A DNA stretch of 64,000 bases, from the NCBI RefSeq assembly GCF_038025025.1, contig NW_027117351.1:620001-684000 (forward strand), in the 5' to 3' direction. Under the pieces are notes generated by a model. The model saw nothing but the letters and a program-made list of their open reading frames with translations. It was not told where the DNA came from and searched no databases. Source of the DNA: Phyllosticta citribraziliensis (Eukaryota). The translations under genes and the position numbers were made by a program. Positions 50,618-61,363 of the stretch are shown here, piece after piece. Position 1 is the stretch's first letter; each line of letters opens with the position of its first letter.

Positions 50618-52104
50618 GATGGCCACTTCGCCCGCGACGGCCTTTATTACTGACATATTTGGCAGCCCACGCACGCAAAACCCCCCGCGGGCGCCGCTGC
50701 TCTCAGCCCAACGGTACCAGCACGCGTCCTATGATGTTGCTGGCTGGCGCTGCTGCGACTCGCTCGGGGTGCCTGCGCGCCCCACTGTTTGGTGCAATTC
50801 GGCTCGCGAGCACGCAATCTGTACGATGCTGCTACTTCGAGATTGGGGATGCGTGGATTGAATCGCCCACCGACCCCCGAATCCCGACACAGGCAGCTGA
50901 GAGATCTCCGGGTCCCTTGCCTGGCAGAGAATGTGCTGGGCAACGGCAGCGATCAAGGAGCCACGCCTTGCATGCTTTTTCGCTGTCTGTCTGTCTGTGG
51001 TCGTCGGCGGTTCGTTTGGTCTGATGGGGATTGATTGGCTTGAACGCAGATCTGGGTAGGTGGTTACGTCGCTACAGTGGTAGAAGTGCGAGCGTGCATG
51101 GATGCTGGCGGCGGCCCGCGGGCGCGTGCTGCGTGTTGCGGCTTGTCTTGAAACATTGAAGCTTGTCGCTGATTTGACGCCGCCCGCTTGATGCCATCTG
51201 CGCATCAATTGACGTGAGGACGACGATCAGGTCGGTGGCCGCGCGGGATGGTCTATCTATATAAGGCAGGCTAGATAGACACATTTAACGTCACTCAATT
51301 ATCACCTGCTTTTGCTTCCCTCAGTGACAGGTCCGTCAGCTATGAAGTTGGTCAGTGGTTTGCTTAAGCGTGGCTGCTAAAAGACAGGTGATTGGCAGAA
51401 TCTAAATATCAGATGCTAATCTCAGGATTACTTTCATTAAGCTGGCCGAGTAATCTGTCGATAGAAAAAGTCTTAGAATCACTGTTGTTCCTGAAATCCC
51501 TGTGAATATTCGACAGTTCGCGTTATCAAACCAGCGTGACATGAATCAGTCCCCTCAAAACACATGGAATGATAGATCTGGGGTAGATAAGCATTGATCG
51601 AGACGGGAGAGTTCTCGCAGACCAAACCCGGTGTCCGGTAAAGCTTGACACAAGCTTGTCGCATGGCATCTGCGGTACAAGAGTGTACCTGGCAGCGTCA
51701 CTGACAAGAGAAGCTGTATGTGTAGGTATGACAGACGTCGAGTGCTACGTCATCGTCTTCTTGCAGAATTGCCGAAAATGACCGATTGTTGGTCGCAATT
51801 TTGAACACGCGTGGGACATGATCAAGAGGACTGGATCAGTTTCAGCTCCCCAGAATCAGCTGGATCCATTAGCTTCACATCGAGTTGTGCAGGGCGAAGT
51901 GCAGTTCTCGCAAAAGAAACCATTGGATTACGCGGACAACCGAGAGCCGAGAATACCGTTGTAGGGGAATGTACAAGAAATATACCGCAAAGCAAGACTC
52001 CCAAAGCAATACAATCAAGGACCGAAACGGATCTGTCAGGCAACGACGCCCAGTAATGTTGCCTCCCCATGTAAAACGCCATCAAAATGCTCGCTGTTCA
52101 CCTA

Positions 52105-53175
52105 TCATTTCTTACTCGTCTTGGCCTCAACGGCGGCCTCTGCTGCCGCCTTTTGCGCTGCCATTTGCTCCCCAATGCTGCCTCCGACGGCCCGCCACCA
52201 GACGTCACGTCCCCATCTGATGGTCCTCTCTGCGGCTTGAGATGGGGTGTCGATCGCTGGCCGCACATCGAGGAAGAAGACCGGCATGCCGTGCTCGGGC
52301 TCGCCCTCGTAGTAATCAATCACGTACCTCCTCTCGACGCTGGATCCGTCGGGCAAGTTCCTCTGAACGTACCAGTCGTGTCTGTCAAAGGGCGGCTCGG
52401 TGTGGAACTTGCTCGGCCAGATTTGTCCGAGGAACTGGAACATGCGCGCCTTGGGAGTCAGCTCGCCGGGGCGGCCCATGAACCTGGTGAGCTGAGGAGG
52501 AGGAGCTTCCTTGACTGGCCAGGGCGTTGAGAGCAGCTCACTCGTCTGGCTTGCCTCCTCGCCCTCCCTGCTCTCCTTCCAGCCGTGCAGAATGCCGGGC
52601 CCAAATCGCCGCTCCCACTCGAGGATCTCGGCCCAGGCGCCTTCGTTCAGAAAGTTGTGGACAGCCACCATGCTCTCAACAGCATCTTGAGGGGTGTCGG
52701 TGTATCCCTTGCGCAACATGGCGTTGTACATTTGCTGCGGGGACGGGTACTCCCAGTTGCCGCCACCATCGCCGCGAGGAATGGAGGATGGCTCTCGTTC
52801 GGTCGGCAGGTCAACGGTCTGGTTGGCGGCACGTTCTTGAGACAGGTTGGAGGGCATGTAGTTCAACGGATTGAGTTTCTCGAGAAAACCAGACTTGGGA
52901 GCAGGCGCGTCGGCGGGCGGGGCTGCCGTCTTTTGGTCTGGAGGAACGTAGGGACAGGCGCCGGCGGGGACAGAAGACGGCGTAGAGGGAGCTGGCGCTG
53001 GCAAGTTGTTGCCCGAGGAGGATTTGTGCATAGGGCATCCAGGCTGAGACTTGTCAACAAATGGTCGCGGTAGAGGCGAATGCACACGTACTGGTGGAGA
53101 GGCATCAGAGCCTCGGGGAAGAGGGTGAGGGGCGACAGCGCCCTTGGGTTCAGCGTCAGCCCAAAACCAACCCAT
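52105..53175 (-). CDS. CYC3: Cytochrome c heme lyase (holocytochrome c synthase); in-frame 48-nt intron 53091-53044
   Basis: MGWFWAD start, CPM/CPY heme-regulatory motifs, SSIPR, WEYPSPQQMYNAMLRKG, VHNFLNEGAW, PFDRHDW, YVIDYY and LDVRPA. Confidence 0.96.
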   Translation of the reverse strand: MGWFWADAEPKGAVAPHPLPRGSDASPPVRVHSPLPRPFVDKSQPGCPMHKSSSGNNLPAPAPSTPSSVPAGACPYVPPDQKTAAPPADAPAPKSGFLEKLNPLNYMPSNLSQERAANQTVDLPTEREPSSIPRGDGGGNWEYPSPQQMYNAMLRKGYTDTPQDAVESMVAVHNFLNEGAWAEILEWERRFGPGILHGWKESREGEEASQTSELLSTPWPVKEAPPPQLTRFMGRPGELTPKARMFQFLGQIWPSKFHTEPPFDRHDWYVQRNLPDGSSVERRYVIDYYEGEPEHGMPVFFLDVRPAIDTPSQAAERTIRWGRDVWWRAVGGSIGEQMAAQKAAAEAAVEAKTSKK

Positions 53176-53596
53176 GATGCAGAGTGAGAGGAGGAGTTTG
53201 TCGTAGAGGGATGGAAAAGTGGAGAGGATATGGACGAGAGAGTAATTGCAAAGGATTTGACTTGGTAGAAAGTTGCGGCGAGCATTGACCACGACGCCGG
53301 GAGATCAGCCTTTTGAACGCCCGAACGGCTCCGCGCCACCTCTGCTCCTCTCCGCTTGTCGCCGACCACGGTAGCTACTGGACTTCGTGGCACCACCCTG
53401 CCTCGGCGCCCTCTACGTCATCTATTCGTGTTTGGATACCAACAGTCATTCTGCAGCAAGGCTGTCGAATAGGATCAAGTCTATTTGTCTGTCTACATGC
53501 ATCTGAATCCCCCGCCATGTCGCTGCCGAAAATGCTCGCTTGGTCAACTCCAAGAAAATGCTTCGTCAATCCCACCCAACAACGCCATTCACATGT

Positions 53597-55975
53597 CTAA
53601 CGGGCTTCAGTTCGCTGAGGAGCCCATCCCTTTAACCACTGTCTTGCCCTGTCTAAATCTCCTCCTTCTGCTTCGAGTGCGGCAACGCACCATTCCAGTC
53701 CGTAGCCACCCCTTCCGCTAACATCGCTCTCTGCTGCCAGCATGTCTGCGAGTTTCCGCCTTTGTTGGCTGGATTCATCAGTGCAAAAGTGCAATGGACC
53801 TGCCGGAGTTTCTCCTCCTCTGACTGGCAGATTTTCCAACAAAGGCTTGATCAGAGGCAGTGCATCTTTGGTCGACACCGAAGCAGGCTGGATTCCCACA
53901 TTGGTGCGCCCTGTCTTGCAGTATTCATTGCGACAGGATGATTTTCCGCACCCAGTGAGGAGCTGCGTGAGATAGCGTCTTTCCACGCGGCGCCTGAGGG
54001 CTTTGCCGTCCGGATCGTTCATGCTGACGTAGAGAGGGCCAAAGCAAACACTGCAAAGCCCAATGTCGTTTCCTGGTCCACGCCCTAGCCGGGTTCCAGC
54101 TCGAGTGTCACCTGAACTGTTTGCTCCGTCCAAAGTGCGGCCGCAATTCAGGTTCCTGCACATTCGGGGAGAGGGACGGCTCAACCTTTCCAGGTCGTGG
54201 TGCTTCATGTGTATGTCCATTTCTCTTAGTCGTACGATTTTGTTGCAAAGATGGCACTCGGTCGTGCGTCCGCCATCGGCAAGCTCGTGAACCGTGAGAC
54301 CTGAAAGTAAGGCTTCCGCGTTTGGCTCGTCAGGATCTCCTTCTTGTGGAACGACAAGGTGGCAAAATTGACACAGAATCAACTTTTGCGGGCAGACGCT
54401 CGTCTTGTGTTGAGCTAATTGAGCCAGGGATGTGAAAGTGCGATCACAATTCTCGCATGTATGCGAGGCATGAAACAGGTCATCATGTTTCGCTCGGCTC
54501 AGCGGTGTGTTTCCCCAGAACGTATCGTGGGGGCAGTGCCAATGATTCTGGAATGCCTCTGAACGTTTTTGAAAGACCTGCCCACATCCCTTCGGGCATG
54601 CCGCATTGTTCCGAAGACAGAAGTTTTCGTGAAGAAACAAGGTGCGCTGAGGAACCCATTGCTGACAGTTTTTACACTGAACGTCGTCTGGATTCGGAGG
54701 AGCCTCGTAAGACGACACGCTACTGGGCAATTCCAAAGTGTCCTTGGGGTCGTATGGAGCCACCTTGATCTGAAACTTTCGAGGAACTTTCGTACTCTCC
54801 TCAATGCCAGGCCCCGCGTAGGCGTGGGCTGCTACCATCAAAGACTCGGCGTCCTCCAGCTCCACGTTTGTGGGCGACAATTTGATTCGTTTCGGATATG
54901 TGCTCAAAGTGTCGCCGAAGACAAACTCGTCCGCTCGTGGTTTAGCTCTTTGCCGGGGTCCGAATGGATTGACATACAAGTCCACTTCATCTTCCGGGTC
55001 GACTGCACTGAGCTCAATCTCAAGTCCTTGAGAACGTATCCATGATGGTATTTCGTAGTCGACATATTCTCCATCGAGAACTTGGCCCTCTACAACCGTC
55101 GTCAAGTCTAGCCTGCCTCCAGGCGAACTGCCAGCTGATGTTCCAGGGGCTCTTTGCTTCTTCTCTAGGATTTTCTTCAACGTTTCCTTAGCCTGCTCTT
55201 CGTTCAAAGGTTCAATGTCAACCTCCAAGTCGGTGTCGACGACGCATATGCCTTCTCCTTCTGGTTGGAAACCGTCCACAAGGAACCGAAAGACCTCTTT
55301 CTTTTGGCCGTTACGCCGACCCGTGGGTATCTCGATAATTTCGCCATTTGTTAGTGTCGTGAAGTTGGAGCGCAGGCGCTGTTCAAGCAGCGCTTTCCAG
55401 TCCTCAGGGTCGTAGCCCGCCTCAAGCGGTCTTAATTTCACGTAGGTGCCTTTTGGGAGCTGTCTCGAATGGATTGTAATCTTTTGGCGCTCGTGGCCAT
55501 TTCTTGACGCGTGCTCTGTGTCATCTGAATTCTTGTCCTCGTCCTCGTCGCTATTGTTTTCGCTTGAGCCAGGGGTTTCCTCGGCGACCAGGCCAAGTGA
55601 CTCTCTGAGAAATTTACTCAAGACGGCCTGGCCATCCTCTGCTGAGAATTCCCTTATCCCCGCATAGACGACCTTTCCATTGTCCGGATTCACCAGCCGA
55701 AAGGTAAGCGGGTGTGGTAACTGGTGATGGCGATCGCGGAGCTGCGACTCAGCTAGGCGTGCGTCTCTTTCGGCGGCGAACGAGTAGGGGTTGTAAGGGT
55801 CGAAGGTCGAGGTTAGCGCGTGATTCGAGGAAGACTCGGTGGTCACAAGCGGCGCGGCGGCCAGTAGTTGCTCGAGGGCCGAGGGCGGCAGAAGTAGCTT
55901 GTCGCCGGCGAGATGATGCGAGGCGGGCGCGACGTCGAATTGAGCGGACCATTCGAGGGTGGGCTGTTCGTCCAT
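53597..55975 (-). CDS. Long Ufd1-domain protein (792 aa) with multiple zinc fingers, an AZUL-like motif and a C-terminal UBA-like domain
   Basis: Ufd1 motifs GDKLLLPPSAL, YAGIREFSA, LPKGTYVKLRP, NFTTLT and VDTDLEVDI; CxxC..H..C fingers; RRYLTQLLTGCGKSSCRNEYC; GYGLEWCVAALEAEGGDLDRARQWL. Confidence 0.9.
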   Translation of the reverse strand: MDEQPTLEWSAQFDVAPASHHLAGDKLLLPPSALEQLLAAAPLVTTESSSNHALTSTFDPYNPYSFAAERDARLAESQLRDRHHQLPHPLTFRLVNPDNGKVVYAGIREFSAEDGQAVLSKFLRESLGLVAEETPGSSENNSDEDEDKNSDDTEHASRNGHERQKITIHSRQLPKGTYVKLRPLEAGYDPEDWKALLEQRLRSNFTTLTNGEIIEIPTGRRNGQKKEVFRFLVDGFQPEGEGICVVDTDLEVDIEPLNEEQAKETLKKILEKKQRAPGTSAGSSPGGRLDLTTVVEGQVLDGEYVDYEIPSWIRSQGLEIELSAVDPEDEVDLYVNPFGPRQRAKPRADEFVFGDTLSTYPKRIKLSPTNVELEDAESLMVAAHAYAGPGIEESTKVPRKFQIKVAPYDPKDTLELPSSVSSYEAPPNPDDVQCKNCQQWVPQRTLFLHENFCLRNNAACPKGCGQVFQKRSEAFQNHWHCPHDTFWGNTPLSRAKHDDLFHASHTCENCDRTFTSLAQLAQHKTSVCPQKLILCQFCHLVVPQEGDPDEPNAEALLSGLTVHELADGGRTTECHLCNKIVRLREMDIHMKHHDLERLSRPSPRMCRNLNCGRTLDGANSSGDTRAGTRLGRGPGNDIGLCSVCFGPLYVSMNDPDGKALRRRVERRYLTQLLTGCGKSSCRNEYCKTGRTNVGIQPASVSTKDALPLIKPLLENLPVRGGETPAGPLHFCTDESSQQRRKLADMLAAESDVSGRGGYGLEWCVAALEAEGGDLDRARQWLKGWAPQRTEAR

Positions 55976-56101
55976 GGCGTTGTGGTTCTGGCAAGAGAAC
56001 GACTGGACGGGGGTGTCGTGAACGAGAGGCGAGATGTAAATAAGGCAAAGGTGAAGGAAGCGTCGAATGCTGACAGAGAGATTCTGGAAGGTCCCACGTC
56101 A

Positions 56102-56140
56102 TCGGCTCTTGGCAGCCGAGTGATAAGGTAAGTACTTACC
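56102..56140. promoter_or_regulatory. Palindromic elements in the bidirectional promoter: CGG-N10-CCG inverted repeat and perfect GGTAAGTACTTACC
   Basis: tcggct..agccga at 56102-56119 and a 14-bp palindrome at 56127-56140, between ATGs at 55975 (-) and 56359 (+). Confidence 0.4.
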
Positions 56141-56358
56141 CCAGATTTCGCAGATCAGGAAGCTGTGGCGTGAGCTCCTGGTCCTGGTGGACAGTCAGAC
56201 TCCGCTGCCGCTACCGCTACTTCACTCACTGTTTTTTTCGCGCCCAACGGCCTCCCATCCTTCAACCACCCTCAACCACCCTCACTCTCTGCCAAACTCC
56301 GCCTCTTTTCCCTCGACCATCCCGACGATACCGCCGCCCTGATCTGAGACATCGTTCA

Positions 56359-58375
56359 ATGGCTTCGTCGTCGAATGACGCTACACCAACAACGCTATTC
56401 GACCTGCTGAACAACTCACTGCTGCTGCGCACTATTACACCCCATCTGCCCGTTGCCTCTCTTTTTGCCCTCGCCCGCGTTTCCAAATCTTTCTTCGACC
56501 TCATCACCAACTCTCCTGATGCCTTTCGCTACCTCGACCTCTCAGCCGTCAGGTCAGCCGCGGCCCCGTCGCACAAGCCACTCGATTCCGGCGCCATCAC
56601 ATGGCGCGCCGAACGTATGGACGAGGCCTTGACCGAAGATGAGTTCTATTCAGGTCCACTGAGAGGCATCTTCTCCAAGCTTCAAAGAAGGAACCTCCTG
56701 AAAAATGTCTATACTCTGGTTCTGGACGGCCTCAGCGTTCCTGCCGACCTGGTTCGCGAAATCATTGCCGAAGACCGGTTCAACGTCCGCATCCTCTCAA
56801 TCCGCGAGTGCACCCACCTCAATGAGAGAAAGTTGATGCAGGTCCTGAAATATGCTGTGCGGCCAACACGACCATCAGGCTCGCCTAGGTTGAAGGGACT
56901 TTATGTGTTTGGCTCCAAGGACCCGTCACCCTTCACGGACGCCATCCCGAAGCCGCAGAGGTCACCTCCTCGCACGCCAGAGAATATCGGGGGTGTCATG
57001 GCATCACAGGGCGCCCAGATTGGGGCAGAGTGGAACCAGAAGTCCTCAGAGGCCCTCAACACCGCTCTGGCCCGCTCTGAGCACAAGTGGTATCAAACTG
57101 CTGGGCGGGTCCTCCATAGACGCCCATCCCCCGAGTGGGCTGAGACGCTCAAGGCCTGCGAAGGGATCATCTATTTTGATGCCGTTTTATGTCGCGGCCC
57201 GCGGCACGACATTGAAACTGCATACACGCAGGGGTCTACGCCGCATCCTAAATCGTTTTTGGGTCCAGCAGTCGCAAACGTCGCGCTGGGGCCCACCGGC
57301 TGTCAGAGTTGCCACTCATGCCCTGAGGGTCCAGCCATTTTTGGAAAATCGCCGGCAACCCATCTCCCACTGCTGAGTCCTCCACCGCTGTGCTCTTCAA
57401 CAGTCCAGGCCGCGCAGAGGCCTTCTTCCGTCCCAGGCTCGCCCCCGCCCATCCTGATTGCGCGGTGCGAAGAATGTCTACGCGGCCGTTGGTGCGAACG
57501 ATGCAACAAATGGTGGGACGAAGACTGCTATTTTGGGTCTACAAGCAGCAATGCCGCAGCCATGACTTTGACCGCCATGCAGCAAGCCGAGCAGCTTCAG
57601 TCCATTACAAATGAGAATGGACAGCCGTCCAAGAACATCAAGGTACATATGGGTCTCTGTACTGCACAATGCCTCGTCGGTGAGATGATGGCCGGGGCCG
57701 GGAGCGCGGGCATGTGGGGATGAGTACCGCCATTGTCATCCCAAGACGAAACGACTCAAAAACCTCAAAAGCGTTGAACTGGCGCGGAGATGTGAGGATC
57801 ACCCATCACCCAGCAGAGCCCACCTGTCCAGCCTGGCACACAGAGCCTCTGGATCAACGTCTCATAATGCTGTTTGCGCGATTCAACGAATTCTGCCCCG
57901 CGGGAGCGCTCTCATTACCGCCCCGGCCCATCATTTCCTCAAAAATACACCTAGTCTATTCCAAACCGGAGCACCAGGGGGGCAGAGGTATGTCCCAGGA
58001 TTTTTGGCGAGCGCAGAAACGGCTGACAGGGGCTCGTCGCACTTTTCAGGGACATCGACCGTCTTCAACACTTGCGGGTGTCAAGCGCGACTGCTTTGGA
58101 TGCGGTCCCACATGCGTTGACTGCAAGACCTTGTACATTCGCGCGTGCCACAGGTGCCGCAACGAGTACTGCATCCTGGACAATGATGGCTCGTCGGCCA
58201 TTGCTGTAAGTGGCATTGTCTTCGCTCTCGATTTCCCATTTCCTCCATCCCTAGTTCGACGTGACTCCACCGTACATATGGCACAGCTGAAGAGTTCTGG
58301 ACTGATCTGTGGTCATCTTGGGAACAGTGCGATTGGTGCAACTTCAGTGGACGACGGACTGTCGAGCTCTATTGA
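56359..58375 (+). CDS. F-box-like/LRR-like protein with a Cys-rich C-terminus. Unspliced form ends at 57723 (454 aa); spliced form uses exons 56359-57642, 58050-58205, 58328-58375 (495 aa)
   Basis: F-box-like N-terminus (LFDLLNNSLLLRTITPHLPVASLFALARVSKSF), LRR-like strands (TLVLDGL, ILSIREC, LKGLYVF) and CxxC clusters; canonical splice signals around the downstream Cys-rich exons. Confidence 0.8.
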
Positions 58376-59784
58376 GTTCAAGCTGGTGCGCAACAACCGC
58401 GGACTTTTGGCTCGCCCCCTGTTCGTCCCCCTCCCTGCCACCCCAAAAAGCTTGATCTTTTGAAAGACGAAAGTCAAGATGATACCAGTCAGAAGAAGAA
58501 AAGACCAAACACCACACGACTCTCGGCATCCTAAAAGCTTCGGTTTCTTTCGGCCTTGTATTGGATAGCTGCGCCTCATGAATTTGCATCACGACACGGC
58601 GCGGGTCAGCTGCATTGGGTGAAACCAAAGAAACTCCCGCGAAAAAAAGAAAACCGAACCAAAAAATCTTTCCTACTCCGACAGAAGCATCTCCCAATCC
58701 GGACTTGGGATGGATGGGCAGAGATTGGCCTTGGGTATTGCTGCAGTTGGCATTGGCGACCACGAACCCTTTCTGGCTTGGTTTCCCATCACGAGATGAC
58801 GTTCTCCTCTACTCTCCTCCAATTCAGTCCTCTTTTGATTTTGCTCTCTTGAATCGTTTCTCATAATGGGCGACACCTCTCCACACTCACCCAGCTCTTG
58901 TGCGCGCTTTGTACAGAGATACCCTTCCTCCTCTTGCTGCTCCTCACCACGACCTCTTTCATCATCCGACAGACTCAATCGTCTTTGCCATGTGCGACTT
59001 TCACATCTCTCTCCCCTCCCTCACCTGTGTATATAGAAGTCGTCCGTCCGTCCATTCGGTTGCCCGCAATCCCCTACCCAACCAACCATTCAAAGCGCGT
59101 GCTGCGTGCATAGTGGCATGCAGGCATGCCTTGGCGGGCCCGGGCTGGCTCAGCTCAGCATGAGAAAGGCTAAACTGGGGATCGATGGATGAATGTATTG
59201 TAATCGTTAAGCTTATTATTTGTCGCCATTCGTCAGCTGCTGCGGGCGCGTATATGCGCTTTGCCCTGTCTACCTGGTACGTAGGCATGACGCTCGCTGC
59301 CTGGCCAGTGATGATGAGCCTAATAGGACTTGGGTGTGGTTGTCTTGTTTGTAGTCTGCTGCCAGGCGTGTAGGCAATTGGCGCTTTGATTTGTTGTTGG
59401 CCTTGACGATCTACATCTACAGACATGCATGTACTGCTGCTATGTACCTGTACTGTACTTGGCTCACTCAGCCTCCGGCCTTCTCCAAGCGCCGGCGGCG
59501 GCAGCGTCTACATACATATGTAGCATTACATCACATCAGGCAACAACCAACTCTAAAGTAAAACACACGACGCCACATCTTATGTATCTTGTCTTGTCTT
59601 GACTTACCGGCTTGCTTGCTTGCTTATCGTATCATGCACGCAGAGCACGCACCCATGGCAAAGCAAAGCATGCACGTACGCGCGTGTAGGCTCCACTCCA
59701 CACCACTCCACTCCACGCACTCGCCCACACCCAGTGGCAGTGGCCTCGACGCGTGGCTCCCTGGCTCACCACGCCAAAGGCTCA

Positions 59785-59807
59785 CTACCTACCTACCTAC
59801 CTACCTA
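59785..59807. repeat. (CTAC)n microsatellite
   Basis: Read directly. Confidence 0.85.
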
Positions 59808-61363
59808 TGCTATGTAAGCTATGCTTTGCCAATCTCTGAGTACCAGCTTGCGTGCTTGATCAGCGGCGGCGGTTGGTTGACTGGTCATCTGGTAATCTGG
59901 AGTGGTATGCACGTCGTTGTCGGCGCATGGCAAGCAAGCAAGGCTGAGACGAAATGCGACGAAATGGTTGGCTCTATGCACGCGCGCACGCGCGCTCTGT
60001 TGTACGACCATCATTGATGCGTGCAGGTTGATAGGCGGTGGTTAGGGAGGTGGAGGTGGAGGTGGAGATGGGGGTGGAGAGCCGAGAGATGTGGAGGGGG
60101 AGGGGGACTCAGGGAGAGAGAGAGGGGCATGTAGCACAGCCGCTGGCTATTCTGGTGATTCACTCATCTGCCGAATGAACAGATGGCGCGAGCAGAAGAC
60201 ATGCGTTGGACAAGGCGCAGACTGCAGTCAAGACCGCGCAAACGTATGGATTAACATCTTGCCTACTCGTAGGAAGCCTCGCGGCACAGCGGCGGCGCTT
60301 AGCACGACCACAGAAGGCACCGGCACAGCACTCTCGAGACCCGCACGTGTTGCGCCAACATGGCTCAATTTGATTTTTGTTTGCTTTGTTTGATTTAACT
60401 CCACCTGATCCCATATACGCAGCAGGCGGGGGGCGCCGAAGATACAGAAAGCACCCGTCATGCCACGAACGACAGACAATTCGCACGACGCAGAGAGAAG
60501 CGCCATAGATAGCAAGACGGACAGGAAAGGAAAGTAAAGGAACACAATTCATTATATCGGACCGTACCGAGCGGTGATGTGCCACAGCCGTTCCCGTAGC
60601 CGCGTGGCTGGCTGACGGCCTGTCTCTATCAGGAGAAAAATGCAACAACCATCGACGACAAAAGTAAACATGACGGAAAACAAAAGGTCGAGAAGACAAA
60701 AGGGTCAATTTGTGGTGGTGGTGTAGATCTTCAATTTCGAAGATTGAGAGACTTGTTTTTTGGTGACACTCCGAGGACGGGGCATCCTGTTAACAAGATG
60801 CGGAGTCTGCATGTCCGTTTGTCGAGAAAAAAATTTGAAGCCAGAGAAACAAACAAGCCAAAATGAAGAGGTACGTTGGTAGCCCTCAGAACGCGTCTAA
60901 ATCATGCATGCAGTCTTGCTTTCCTCCCAAACGAGAACGAGAACGACAGAACGACAAAACAGCAGAAGCAGCGCAGCCCGAAATGAATCTGCGGGGTCTG
61001 CTGAGTGTGTGCATCGACCATTGCTGGACAAACCGCAACAACGGACTGCTTGTTGGGGTAATTGGAAAATGAAATGGCCGTCTATTAGGGAAAAAAAAAA
61101 AAAAAAAGACCCTCCCGAAAAGCAGATATCATCCATCCCGAGCGCCGTGCTATGCCAAATTCAATTCAAGGAAACAAATCTCAGACTATTTTTAGTTCCG
61201 GTGTGGGGCTTTTCGTTCGATGTGATCGACAGAGTCCCGGGTATCTTTTTCGTGGTGCTATTTGCAAAGGTTTCGACCGAGGCAGTTTGTGATTTTTGGC
61301 GGGAGTCGGTAGAGTGGGTGGATGTCGAGTTGGATTGGTTGAGTTGTCCAGAGTCCAGGACGC

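Noticed and set aside
53044..53091. In-frame, stop-free 48-nt intron in CYC3
   Set aside because: Short enough to be stop-free by chance; treated as an ordinary intron.
58500..61300. Several 60-180 aa ORFs between the F-box-like gene and TFIIB
   Set aside because: Microsatellite-rich UTR or intergenic DNA without coding signature.
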